Position numbers and translations under genes: made by a program. The notes beneath the pieces are model-generated. The model made no database searches. It was given only the letters and a program-made list of their open reading frames with translations, and was not told the origin of the DNA. DNA of 37,740 nt. It comes from a virus. Taxonomy: Duplodnaviria > Caudoviricetes. Positions 1 through 7,890 of the stretch are shown here, piece after piece. Within the stretch, counting starts at the first letter, position 1; every line of letters starts with the position of its first letter. Location of the stretch: the IMG/VR virus record IMGVR_UViG_3300042988_000213, positions 1 to 37,740 of that record; one strand, given 5' to 3'.

Positions 1-71
1 TGGTGTCTCTGGTGATCCTTGCGATCAAGAACGCTCTGCCACTGGTCATGCAGGCGGCGCGCTCCCTATGA
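1..71 (+). CDS. 3' end of a truncated hydrophobic protein (…VSLVILAIKNALPLVMQAARSL*)
   Basis: Open frame with GC-rich third positions ending TGA at 69-71, just upstream of the next gene. Confidence 0.5.
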   Translation, partial: VSLVILAIKNALPLVMQAARSL

Positions 72-83
72 AGTAGTACCACC

Positions 84-266
84 ATGAGCACCACATTGAC
101 CGAAGCAGAAGCACGACTCAATTCGCACGAGGCCGTATGCGCTCTGCGGTATGAGCAGATCAACGCCAGGCTAAAGCGGCTTGAAGGAATCCTTCTCAAA
201 ACTGCTGGCGTGATGCTGGTCTCAATGAGTGGTGTGATTTGGACTTTCATCTACCACGCAAAATAA
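84..266 (+). CDS. Small membrane protein, XhlA-like/holin-associated
   Basis: N-terminal coiled coil (HEAVCALRYEQINARLKRLE) plus one C-terminal TM helix; in the lysis region. Confidence 0.65.
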   Translation: MSTTLTEAEARLNSHEAVCALRYEQINARLKRLEGILLKTAGVMLVSMSGVIWTFIYHAK

Positions 267-306
267 AGCGGTGAGACGCAATGAGGATGTAGAAACGGAG
301 TAGGTC

Positions 307-786
307 ATGGAACCTATCACGATGGCCTTGACGGCCATGGCCGCTGTTCAAAAGACGGTGTCCATGATCAAGCAGGCATCTAAGACTGTGGATGATGTGC
401 GCAGCCTCGGCCCTTTGCTTGGCCAGTACTTTGACGAAAAGCATGAGGTCACTAAGGCGCTCAACAAAGCGAAGGCGAAGGGTGGCTCCAACATGGGCAA
501 GGCCATCCAGATTGAGTTGGATCTGAAGTCTCAGCGAGACTTTGAAGAGCAAGTGAAGAACCTGTTCTTCCCGAACAACATGGATGTGTGGAACGCCATC
601 ATGTTGCGAGTGGCTGAGATGGACAAGCAAGACAAGATCGCCGCCCAGTTGGCTCGCGACCGTGCGTTGCAAGCCAAGAAAGATCAGGAGGAAATCATCC
701 AAGTTCTGATCATCGGAGGCAGCGTAGTTCTTCTTTTTGTGCTGGTGGGCTTCGGTGCTTACTTGGTCATGCAAGGACTGAAGTGA
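307..786 (+). CDS. Hypothetical helical protein with C-terminal membrane anchor
   Basis: SD (GGAGTAGG) before ATG; C-terminal hydrophobic segment. Confidence 0.75.
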   Translation: MEPITMALTAMAAVQKTVSMIKQASKTVDDVRSLGPLLGQYFDEKHEVTKALNKAKAKGGSNMGKAIQIELDLKSQRDFEEQVKNLFFPNNMDVWNAIMLRVAEMDKQDKIAAQLARDRALQAKKDQEEIIQVLIIGGSVVLLFVLVGFGAYLVMQGLK

Positions 787-1013
787 TGAAACACCTAATT
801 CTGCTGGCACTTGCCCTGTTCACCGGTTGCCAAGACCGATACCGGTACTACTGCCAAGACCCGGAGAACTTCGCGCGCGAGCAGTGCCAAAAGCCTAAGT
901 GCCAGTTCACGCAAACCTGCCCGGAGTATCTGGTCGCGCCAATCCTGGAGAAACACATCAATGCTCAACCTACTGTTCAAGCAGCACCCGAAGCATCCGC
1001 CGCTAACCGCTGA
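783..1013 (+). CDS. Small Cys-rich lipoprotein
   Basis: Signal peptide II with lipobox (LALFTG-C); four further Cys; overlaps the upstream stop. Confidence 0.75.
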   Translation: MMKHLILLALALFTGCQDRYRYYCQDPENFAREQCQKPKCQFTQTCPEYLVAPILEKHINAQPTVQAAPEASAANR

Positions 1014-1476
1014 CGACATCGAGGTCCGCATCTGGGGCTTCGTGGTTGTGGTGGTGACGCTCATCCTGGCGTTCATCGTGGCCGCGATCCTGTACTCGGT
1101 GACCTTCGTGACGCAGCCGATCAAGTCGATGGCCCCCATCGACCAGGCCTACACGAAGATGCTCAACGACATCGTGCTGCTGATCGTGGGTGGCATAGGC
1201 GGCGTGATGAGCAAGCGGGCCACTGGCGCGATCAGCAAGGCAATGACGCGCCCGCCGATGCCTCCGTGCCCGCCCGCAGGTTATCCGCAGGTCGCCCCAA
1301 CTTATCCAGCGGCACCTGTTAACTCACCCATGCCAGACTTCAACTGGATGGGCTACAAGAACCCAGAGCTGGACGAGAGCTGGACGCCTGGCCCACCGCC
1401 CACCACGCCGCCCGAGCACCTCGAGCCGGATGAAGAGCGCGCCGAGATCGCGGCCGCACGCAAGGAGTCCGCATGA
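961..1476 (+). CDS. Two-TM membrane protein, holin candidate, with Pro-rich C-terminus
   Basis: ATG at 961 (MLNLLFK…); two hydrophobic helices; directly upstream of spanin and endolysin. Confidence 0.6.
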   Translation: MLNLLFKQHPKHPPLTADDIEVRIWGFVVVVVTLILAFIVAAILYSVTFVTQPIKSMAPIDQAYTKMLNDIVLLIVGGIGGVMSKRATGAISKAMTRPPMPPCPPAGYPQVAPTYPAAPVNSPMPDFNWMGYKNPELDESWTPGPPPTTPPEHLEPDEERAEIAAARKESA

Positions 1477-1946
1477 ACTCACTCCAACGGCTTGGCCTGG
1501 CAGTGGCGGTGACCATCCTGCTGCTGTTCGGCATCTATCGCTACGGGTATCACAATGGTTGGTATGACCGAGACGTGGACATGCAGGCGGCCATTGCGCA
1601 GAAGAACGAAGAGGCTCGGCAGCAAGAGCACGCAGCCGCCCAGGCCGTTGCGGCCAGAGACGAACAACTCCGAAAGGCAAACGATGAACTCGACAAGAAA
1701 CAGGCTGCTATGCGCCGCCTCGCTGCTGCTGGCCAGTTGCGCCTCCCAGCCACCAGTTGTGCACCAGCCACCACGGATGCCGCCGCTGCCAGCCGGCCTG
1801 TCTCAACCGATGTCTCCGACGTTGAGCGACAGACTGTTGAAGCTCTTATCGACATCGCAGCCGAAGGCGACCGGGCCATCCACCGATACAACGCCTGCAT
1901 CGCCACGTACAACCAAGTGATGGAGCAGATCAATGGTGACCGCTGA
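1473..1946 (+). CDS. rz: Rz-like inner-membrane spanin (i-spanin)
   Basis: N-terminal TM, long coiled coil, C-terminal AAEGD…NACI…Y segment typical of Rz. Confidence 0.85.
   Translation: MNSLQRLGLAVAVTILLLFGIYRYGYHNGWYDRDVDMQAAIAQKNEEARQQEHAAAQAVAARDEQLRKANDELDKKQAAMRRLAAAGQLRLPATSCAPATTDAAAASRPVSTDVSDVERQTVEALIDIAAEGDRAIHRYNACIATYNQVMEQINGDR
1684..1920 (+). CDS. rz1: Rz1-like outer-membrane lipoprotein spanin (o-spanin), embedded in Rz in the +1 frame
   Basis: MNSTRNRLLCAASLLLAS-C lipobox followed by a Pro-rich mature part; fully nested in Rz. Confidence 0.85.
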   Translation: MNSTRNRLLCAASLLLASCASQPPVVHQPPRMPPLPAGLSQPMSPTLSDRLLKLLSTSQPKATGPSTDTTPASPRTTK

Positions 1947-2556
1947 ACAGCTCCAAATGCTGAAGATCGACCCCAGCCTGGTGGACGCCTTCAACGAGAC
2001 CTTCGACCGCTGGGGCATCTCTACCAAGAGGCAGCGCGCCGCGTTCATTGGCCAGTGCGGCCACGAGTGCGGCAACTTCCGCATCCTCGAGGAGAACTTG
2101 AACTACCGGGCCGCCACGCTGCTCAAGCTGTTCCCCCAGACGCCCAAGCGTGCTTGGGGCTTCACGCCAGAGAGCGCGGCCCAGTACGAGCGCCAGCCGC
2201 AGAAGATCGCCAACCGCATCTACGGCAACCGCATGGGCAACCGCGACGAGGCGTCCGGCGACGGGTGGCGATTCCGTGGCTCCGGGTGGCTCCAGTTGAC
2301 CGGGCACGCCAACTTCTTCCACGCGGGCCAGGCGCTTGGCGTGGACTTCGTGATGCAGCCCGAGCTGGTGCGCACCCCGAGGTACGCCGCCCTGACGGCC
2401 GGGTGGTTCTGGGCGACTCACAACTGCAACCGCTTGGCCGAGGCCGAGGACTGGGTCGGGCTGACCAAGAAGATCAACGGCGGCACGATCGGCCTCGAGG
2501 ATCGGATCAAGCACATCAAGCACGCCTTGGCGGTCTTGACTATGGGGGTGGCGTGA
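1933..2556 (+). CDS. Endolysin, glycoside hydrolase family 19
   Basis: AAFIGQCGHECGNF…EENLNY, GDGWRFRGSGWLQLTG, TKKINGG motifs of phage GH19 lysins. Confidence 0.92.
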   Translation: MVTAEQLQMLKIDPSLVDAFNETFDRWGISTKRQRAAFIGQCGHECGNFRILEENLNYRAATLLKLFPQTPKRAWGFTPESAAQYERQPQKIANRIYGNRMGNRDEASGDGWRFRGSGWLQLTGHANFFHAGQALGVDFVMQPELVRTPRYAALTAGWFWATHNCNRLAEAEDWVGLTKKINGGTIGLEDRIKHIKHALAVLTMGVA

Positions 2557-2615
2557 AGTATCACAATGCCTTAGAATTCGTCTCCGGGGAGGTGCGTCTG
2601 CAATTTCCCGGACAT

Positions 2616-2643
2616 GGCTCGCATTGGCGGGCCTTTTTTGTTT
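2616..2643 (+). terminator. Rho-independent terminator after the lysis module
   Basis: GGCTCGC-ATTG-GCGGGCC hairpin followed by TTTTTTGTTT. Confidence 0.8.
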
Positions 2644-2660
2644 CATGAAGAGGCCGTCCA

Positions 2661-5120
2661 ATGGCAACAACCGTCCCCAATAACCCATACGATACGCAGC
2701 CCCCAGCGACTGGCTCCACGGGCATCGTGGGCAGCGCTATGACGGGCGGCGCTACCACCGGCGCAAACGCAGCACAATCGACTGCCACCCCCAGCGCGGC
2801 CAACGCTGCGCCTCAGACATACGCCCCCCAGACTCGCGAAGTCAACCGGTCGACAGAGACGGCCGCCGGCCAAGTCGAGTCGCTGCTGGCCAAAGACAAC
2901 CCGCTCATGCAGCGGGCTCGCACGCTGGCCACCCAGGGCATGAACAAGCGGGGCCTGGTCAACAGCTCCATGTCGCAGGGCGCAGGTGTCGCGGCCATGA
3001 TTGACCGCATCACCCCGATCGCGCAGCAGGACGCCCAGACGTACAGCAACCAGGCGCTGGCCAACCAAAGCACTGTCAATCAGGCCGGGCAGTTCAACGC
3101 CTCCGAGATCAACAAGTTTGGCCTGCAGAAGTCTGACCAGGCGTTCACGGCTGCAGAGAGCGCTACCAACCGCCAGTTCCAGACGGGCGAACGCATCGGC
3201 AGCCAGACGTTTACGTCCGAGCAAAACCAAGCAACTCAGGCCTTCCAGGCCGCGCAGTCTCAGCTTGATCGCGCCCAGCAGACGGCGCTGGCCGACAAGA
3301 GCATTGAGGCCCAGCAGGCGCTTCAGCTCGCGCAGCAGACTTTCCAAGGTGCGCAGAGTGAACTCGACCGCGTCAATCAGAAGGCCTTGCAAGAGAGCCA
3401 GCAGCAGTTCACTGCCGGACAGTCTGCGCTTGACCGTGCGCAGCAAGTGTCCCTTGCCCAGGCCGCTCAGCAGTTCCAGGCCTCACAGGCTGAGCAGGAT
3501 CGAGCCACGCAGATCATGCTGGCCGACAAGCAGATCACTGCAACACAAGCCCTTGAGCAAGCGCGTCAGGCGTTCCAGTCGGAGCAGGCTGGACTGGATC
3601 GCACACAAGCTGCAACGCTGGCCAAAGAGGCACAGACGTTCCAAGCCACTCAGAACGAAATGAGTCGCGCCCAAGACCTGATGCTGGCGGACAAGAACAT
3701 TACAGCGCAGCAGGCTTTGGAGCAGTCGCGCCAGTCGTTCCAGTCAGCCGAGTCGGCCCTTGATCGCACTCAACAAACCAGCTTGGCAAATGCAGCTCAG
3801 ACCTTCCAAGCCTCGCAAGCCGAGAAGGACAGAGCAACTCAGATCATGCTTGCCGACAAGAACATCTCGGCAACGCAAGCGCTGGAGCAGGCAAGACAAT
3901 CGTTCCAAGCGAATCAGTCTGATCTGGATCGCACCCAGCAAGAGCGACTCCAGACCGCGCAGCAATCGTTTGCCTCAGCCCAGTCTGCGCTTGACCGCGC
4001 ACAGCAAGTTGCACTTGCAGACAAGTCTGTTGCTGCGCAGCAGGCATTGCAGGCGGCTCAGCAGACGTTCCAAAGTTCGCAAGCTGAACTTGATCGCGCC
4101 CAACAGACTGGCATCGTCAATCGCCAGATTGAGGCCCAAGAGAAGCAGCAGAGTGCGCAGCAGGCGTTCTCGAGCGCTCAGGCAGCTTTGGACCGTGCGC
4201 AGCAGGTGGCTTTGGCCGACAAGAGTGTGGCGGCACAACAAGCGCTGCAGGCTGCGCAGCAGACCTTCCAATCGGCTCAGGCAGCGCTTGATCGCACGCA
4301 ACAGACAAGCATTGCTGACAAGCAGATTGCTGCGCAAAAGGAACTGCAGACAGCGCAGCAAAACTTCGCGTCTTCGCAAAGCGAACTTGATCGTGCACAG
4401 CAAGTTGCGCTCAGTGACAAGTCCATTGCCGCACAGCAGGCTCTGCAGACTGCGCAGCAGAACTTCGCCAGCGCTCAAAGTGCCTTGGACCGAACCCAGC
4501 AGACTGCGATTGCTCAGGCGCAGATTACCGCCAGCCAGACGCAGCAAGCGGCCCAACAGCAGTTCGCAGCAACGCAGGCAACCCTTGATCGTGCGCAGCA
4601 AGAGTCAATGACTCGTCTTGCAGACGCGCTCAACCAGGCCAACGTCAGCAAGACTTTTGCCGCGAACTTGACGCTGCAGACGTCAAGCGCGGTCAACGCA
4701 ATTCAAGCCGACGGAAACATGACTCCCGAGGCGAAGAAGGCTGCCATCCAGAACGCCATCGACAACGCGAACAACACCATGCAGTGGGGCTCGACGTTCT
4801 ACAACACGGCGCTGCCGACTATCGCCGGGCCAAGCAACGGAGCCGGTGTCGTCAACCCCGGCGCTGGCGCTGGTGCTGGCGCTGCAACGCCACCAGTCAC
4901 GGCGCAAGTCCCAGCGCCTGCTCCAGTCGCAGCTCCTGTGCCCGCACCCGCGCCTGCACCAGCGCCAGTTCCTGTCCCCACTCCTGCTCCTGCGCCAGCC
5001 CCCGCACAGACGGGCATCGTTGCTCGCGCCCAGGTCCAAGACCAATGGGGCCGCTCGCCGGGCGACCCGGAGTACGGGATTGACCCATACGCCTACTACA
5101 ACGGCAACAACACAGCATGA
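2661..5120 (+). CDS. Gln/Ala-rich repeat protein; probable internal virion/DNA ejection (pilot-like) protein
   Basis: SD GAGG; N-terminal RGLVNSSM motif; 16 units of 22 or 33 aa (QxFxxxQxxLDRxQQ); Pro/Ala linker near the C-terminus. Confidence 0.7.
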   Translation: MATTVPNNPYDTQPPATGSTGIVGSAMTGGATTGANAAQSTATPSAANAAPQTYAPQTREVNRSTETAAGQVESLLAKDNPLMQRARTLATQGMNKRGLVNSSMSQGAGVAAMIDRITPIAQQDAQTYSNQALANQSTVNQAGQFNASEINKFGLQKSDQAFTAAESATNRQFQTGERIGSQTFTSEQNQATQAFQAAQSQLDRAQQTALADKSIEAQQALQLAQQTFQGAQSELDRVNQKALQESQQQFTAGQSALDRAQQVSLAQAAQQFQASQAEQDRATQIMLADKQITATQALEQARQAFQSEQAGLDRTQAATLAKEAQTFQATQNEMSRAQDLMLADKNITAQQALEQSRQSFQSAESALDRTQQTSLANAAQTFQASQAEKDRATQIMLADKNISATQALEQARQSFQANQSDLDRTQQERLQTAQQSFASAQSALDRAQQVALADKSVAAQQALQAAQQTFQSSQAELDRAQQTGIVNRQIEAQEKQQSAQQAFSSAQAALDRAQQVALADKSVAAQQALQAAQQTFQSAQAALDRTQQTSIADKQIAAQKELQTAQQNFASSQSELDRAQQVALSDKSIAAQQALQTAQQNFASAQSALDRTQQTAIAQAQITASQTQQAAQQQFAATQATLDRAQQESMTRLADALNQANVSKTFAANLTLQTSSAVNAIQADGNMTPEAKKAAIQNAIDNANNTMQWGSTFYNTALPTIAGPSNGAGVVNPGAGAGAGAATPPVTAQVPAPAPVAAPVPAPAPAPAPVPVPTPAPAPAPAQTGIVARAQVQDQWGRSPGDPEYGIDPYAYYNGNNTA
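3237..4620 (+). repeat. Degenerate coding tandem repeat, 66- and 99-nt units (11-aa base period)
   Basis: 16 recurrences of the F-x3-Q-x2-LDR unit (some degenerate) spaced 22 or 33 aa apart. Confidence 0.9.
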
Positions 5121-5566
5121 CCAAGATCGTCTGCCGCAAGGCCAAACTGGATGACATCCCCGCGATCGTAGACATCGCGGTGGAGTCGGTGTCGCGCGAC
5201 CCGCTGCCGGTGAAGATCAACCGCGAGGCGATGGCCGACACTGCACGCACCTGCCTGAACCCAGCCCACTTCATGTGGGTCGCGGAGCAGGACGGCAAGG
5301 TGGTGGCGTCGGTGGCCGCATGCGTGCAGGAATCGTTCTGGTTCAGCAAGCTGCAGTGCTCGGTGCTGCTGTACTACACCCGGGTGCCGGGTGCTGGAAT
5401 CCTGCTGCTGCGCGAGTTCGCGCGGTGGGTCAAGAGCCGCTCTGCCATCAAAGTGGCGGTGCTTGAGTTGGAACCCGGCGCAGATCCGCGCCTGGTGAAG
5501 TTTTTAAATCGGTTGGGCTTTGCTCGTGAATCGCTCAACGTCACGTATGTCAGGAGTGCAACATGA
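5117..5566 (+). CDS. GNAT-family acetyltransferase
   Basis: RKAKLDDIPAI…WVAEQDGKVV…GAGILLLREF…LNRLGF GNAT pattern; position among virion core genes recalls T7 gp13. Confidence 0.8.
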   Translation: MTKIVCRKAKLDDIPAIVDIAVESVSRDPLPVKINREAMADTARTCLNPAHFMWVAEQDGKVVASVAACVQESFWFSKLQCSVLLYYTRVPGAGILLLREFARWVKSRSAIKVAVLELEPGADPRLVKFLNRLGFARESLNVTYVRSAT

Positions 5567-6264
5567 GTAAGGTCGCGAAGTCGGTGGGCCGTGCGGTCAG
5601 CAAGGTCGTCAAGGGCGTTACCAACGTCGTCAAGAAGGTGGCCAGCTCCAAGCTGGGCAAGGTGCTGATCGCAGCCGCCGCCATCTACTTCGGAGGTGCG
5701 GCTCTGACGGGTGCGATGCAAGGGGCCTCTGCTGGGAGCGGATTTCTAGGCACCATATCCAGCGCGGTCGAGGGGGCGGCAACTGGCATTGGCAATGCTT
5801 GGAGCAGCCTAGGAACCGCCGCATCCCAAGCCGTTGGTGGCAACTTTGCCAATGCAGGGAATGCGCTCTCGACGGGCTTTCAAGGCGGCACCGCTTCAAT
5901 GGTCGATGGCGCAATGGTCTCGCAACCTTTGAGCATTGCGTCTGCGCCAATCACTCCGGCGGCCCCCACCGTGCCTAGCACTGCGCCGACATCCGGGCTG
6001 GATGTGAACTCGCTGATTGGAAAAGCTCCGCCTCAGATGTCGGTTCCAGGCTTGAACGTCCCTGCGGCTCCGCCATCAGGGATGATTGAAAAAATGATGG
6101 CCAGCCAGTACACCGCGCCCGCACTGATCTCTGGCGGCACCCAACTGATTGGCGGTGCCATGCAGGGGTACAGCGCTCAGCAGCAGCAGAAGAAGCAAGA
6201 GCAGATGGCGGCTGACGAGCGCAATCGCTACAACACCAACGTCGGTACACGCCTCTGGGGCTGA
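5563..6264 (+). CDS. Gly/Ala-rich internal virion (ejection) protein with membrane-active segments
   Basis: Basic amphipathic N-terminus, hydrophobic helix, Gly-rich helices, Q-rich tail; ATGA overlap. Confidence 0.65.
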   Translation: MSKVAKSVGRAVSKVVKGVTNVVKKVASSKLGKVLIAAAAIYFGGAALTGAMQGASAGSGFLGTISSAVEGAATGIGNAWSSLGTAASQAVGGNFANAGNALSTGFQGGTASMVDGAMVSQPLSIASAPITPAAPTVPSTAPTSGLDVNSLIGKAPPQMSVPGLNVPAAPPSGMIEKMMASQYTAPALISGGTQLIGGAMQGYSAQQQQKKQEQMAADERNRYNTNVGTRLWG

Positions 6265-6275
6265 AAGGAAAGATC

Positions 6276-6821
6276 ATGGCAGGACTCATTCAACAACAGA
6301 TGGCTGGCGCTCCAGCCACCGAGCAGGCTAAGCCAGCAGCCCCACAGCAGCCGATGCCCGAGCAGCAGATGCCTGCGGGCGAGATGGCCGAGGGCGAGGG
6401 TCCAGACCCTGACGCCGACCCGGGCTACCAGCAGGCCATGGCGTTCTCCATGGAGGCGCTGTACAGCAAGGAAGCTGCCAAGAACGTGGCCAAGTCCCTG
6501 AAGACTGGCGGCGACCCGGTGGAGTCTTTGGCCAACACCGCATACGAGATCGTCTCCATCGTGGACGAGCGCACGGAGGGCGCAATCCCCGACGAGTTGC
6601 TGGTGCTGTTCGCATCCAAGATCCTCGAGGAAGTCGCCGAGATCGGCGAGGCGGCTGGCGTTCAGTACAAACCATCGGACGTTGCGCTTGCACTCAAGCA
6701 GATGATCCTGCGCTTCCTGGGCGAGCAGGGCGTGGACACCACGCAACTGCAGCAGGCCATGGACCAGGTCGACCCTGAAGAGTTCAACAAGGTCGAGGAA
6801 GACGAGGAGGTGCCGGTATGA
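6276..6821 (+). CDS. Hypothetical acidic helical protein, virion module
   Basis: SD AAAGGA; strong codon bias; operon context. Confidence 0.75.
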   Translation: MAGLIQQQMAGAPATEQAKPAAPQQPMPEQQMPAGEMAEGEGPDPDADPGYQQAMAFSMEALYSKEAAKNVAKSLKTGGDPVESLANTAYEIVSIVDERTEGAIPDELLVLFASKILEEVAEIGEAAGVQYKPSDVALALKQMILRFLGEQGVDTTQLQQAMDQVDPEEFNKVEEDEEVPV

Positions 6822-7855
6822 GCGGATTGATCTGGGCCGGTATCGGCAAGGGCATCGCAGACGCGGGCTCCACGTTCGGCAGCTACATGGCCAAGGACAT
6901 TGAGGCCAACCGGCTGGAGGAGCGCGAGGCTCTGCGTGAGGAGCGTCTGCTCAAACGTCAGGAGGCGCTCGACCAGTTGAAGGCTGACCGCGAAGAGGCC
7001 AAGGCCGAGGCGTTGAAGCAACGGGTGATCAGCGAGTCCGAGGCCGTCGGCGTCAAGGCCGCCGCGATTGGCTCGGCTCGCGATGTCGCGCAGGGCGAGA
7101 AGGACGTCAAAGGTCTGATCAACCGTCAGTCGCAGATCGCCGGTGACTCGCCAGCGGCCAGCGAGGAGGAGATCAAGAAGCTGATCGCCGAGAACCCGCA
7201 GTACAAGGAGATCTACCGCGCGGCTGGCTACATTGACAAAGAGCCGACCGCCAACCAAAAGCGGCTGCAGCGTGCGGAGGACGAGGCCCAAGCGGCCAGC
7301 GACATCGGCGCTCATTCCTCGGTGATCGACGCCTATGCCAAGAAGCGCGACAGCGTGCTTGCGCAGATCCGCGAAGAGAACAAGGTGGAGGCTGAAAAGC
7401 GCAGGGATGACCGAGCTGCCGCAGACCGCGCAGCTTCCGACCGTCGCTTTGAAGCGCTGATGCCTATCCGTCAACAGAACGCTGATGCCAACACCACGCG
7501 CGCAGGCGCTGCCGTGACCAGTGCGAACAAGCCTTCGTCTAGCGCTTCCGACCCGAACAAGCCAGCCACCACGGCAGACCTGCAACGGCAGGTCAACGCG
7601 GCAAAAGATGAACTTGCCAAGGCGCTGAGCGTGGAGTCGCGGAATGACATCAACAGGGAACTGGCGTCGCTACGTAAGAAAGCCGCAGCCGGGAACGCTG
7701 CAGCCAAAGCGACACTTGAGCGAGTTCAGCCCCAGATCGACGAGGAAAGCGCTGCAAACCAGCGCCTGTTGAACTTCAAGCGGCCAAGCTCTTCTGCTTC
7801 AAATACAAGGGATAATTCGACAACCCGCCCTCCGCTCAGCAGCTTCGCTCGCTGA
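6818..7855 (+). CDS. Coiled-coil internal virion/ejection protein candidate
   Basis: N-terminal GLIWAGIGKGIADAG glycine-rich helix followed by a long charged coiled coil. Confidence 0.65.
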   Translation: MSGLIWAGIGKGIADAGSTFGSYMAKDIEANRLEEREALREERLLKRQEALDQLKADREEAKAEALKQRVISESEAVGVKAAAIGSARDVAQGEKDVKGLINRQSQIAGDSPAASEEEIKKLIAENPQYKEIYRAAGYIDKEPTANQKRLQRAEDEAQAASDIGAHSSVIDAYAKKRDSVLAQIREENKVEAEKRRDDRAAADRAASDRRFEALMPIRQQNADANTTRAGAAVTSANKPSSSASDPNKPATTADLQRQVNAAKDELAKALSVESRNDINRELASLRKKAAAGNAAAKATLERVQPQIDEESAANQRLLNFKRPSSSASNTRDNSTTRPPLSSFAR

Positions 7856-7890
7856 GCAACTTCCATCAACCTTCGTGACGCTCTATTCCC

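Noticed and set aside
3237-4620. Repeat array as possible CRISPR or DGR template
   Set aside because: Repeats are degenerate at synonymous positions and in frame, with no unique spacers; no reverse transcriptase or cas operon in the window.
4855-5010. GA/PA low-complexity repeat as a separate element
   Set aside because: Ordinary Pro/Ala linker within the 819-aa ORF.
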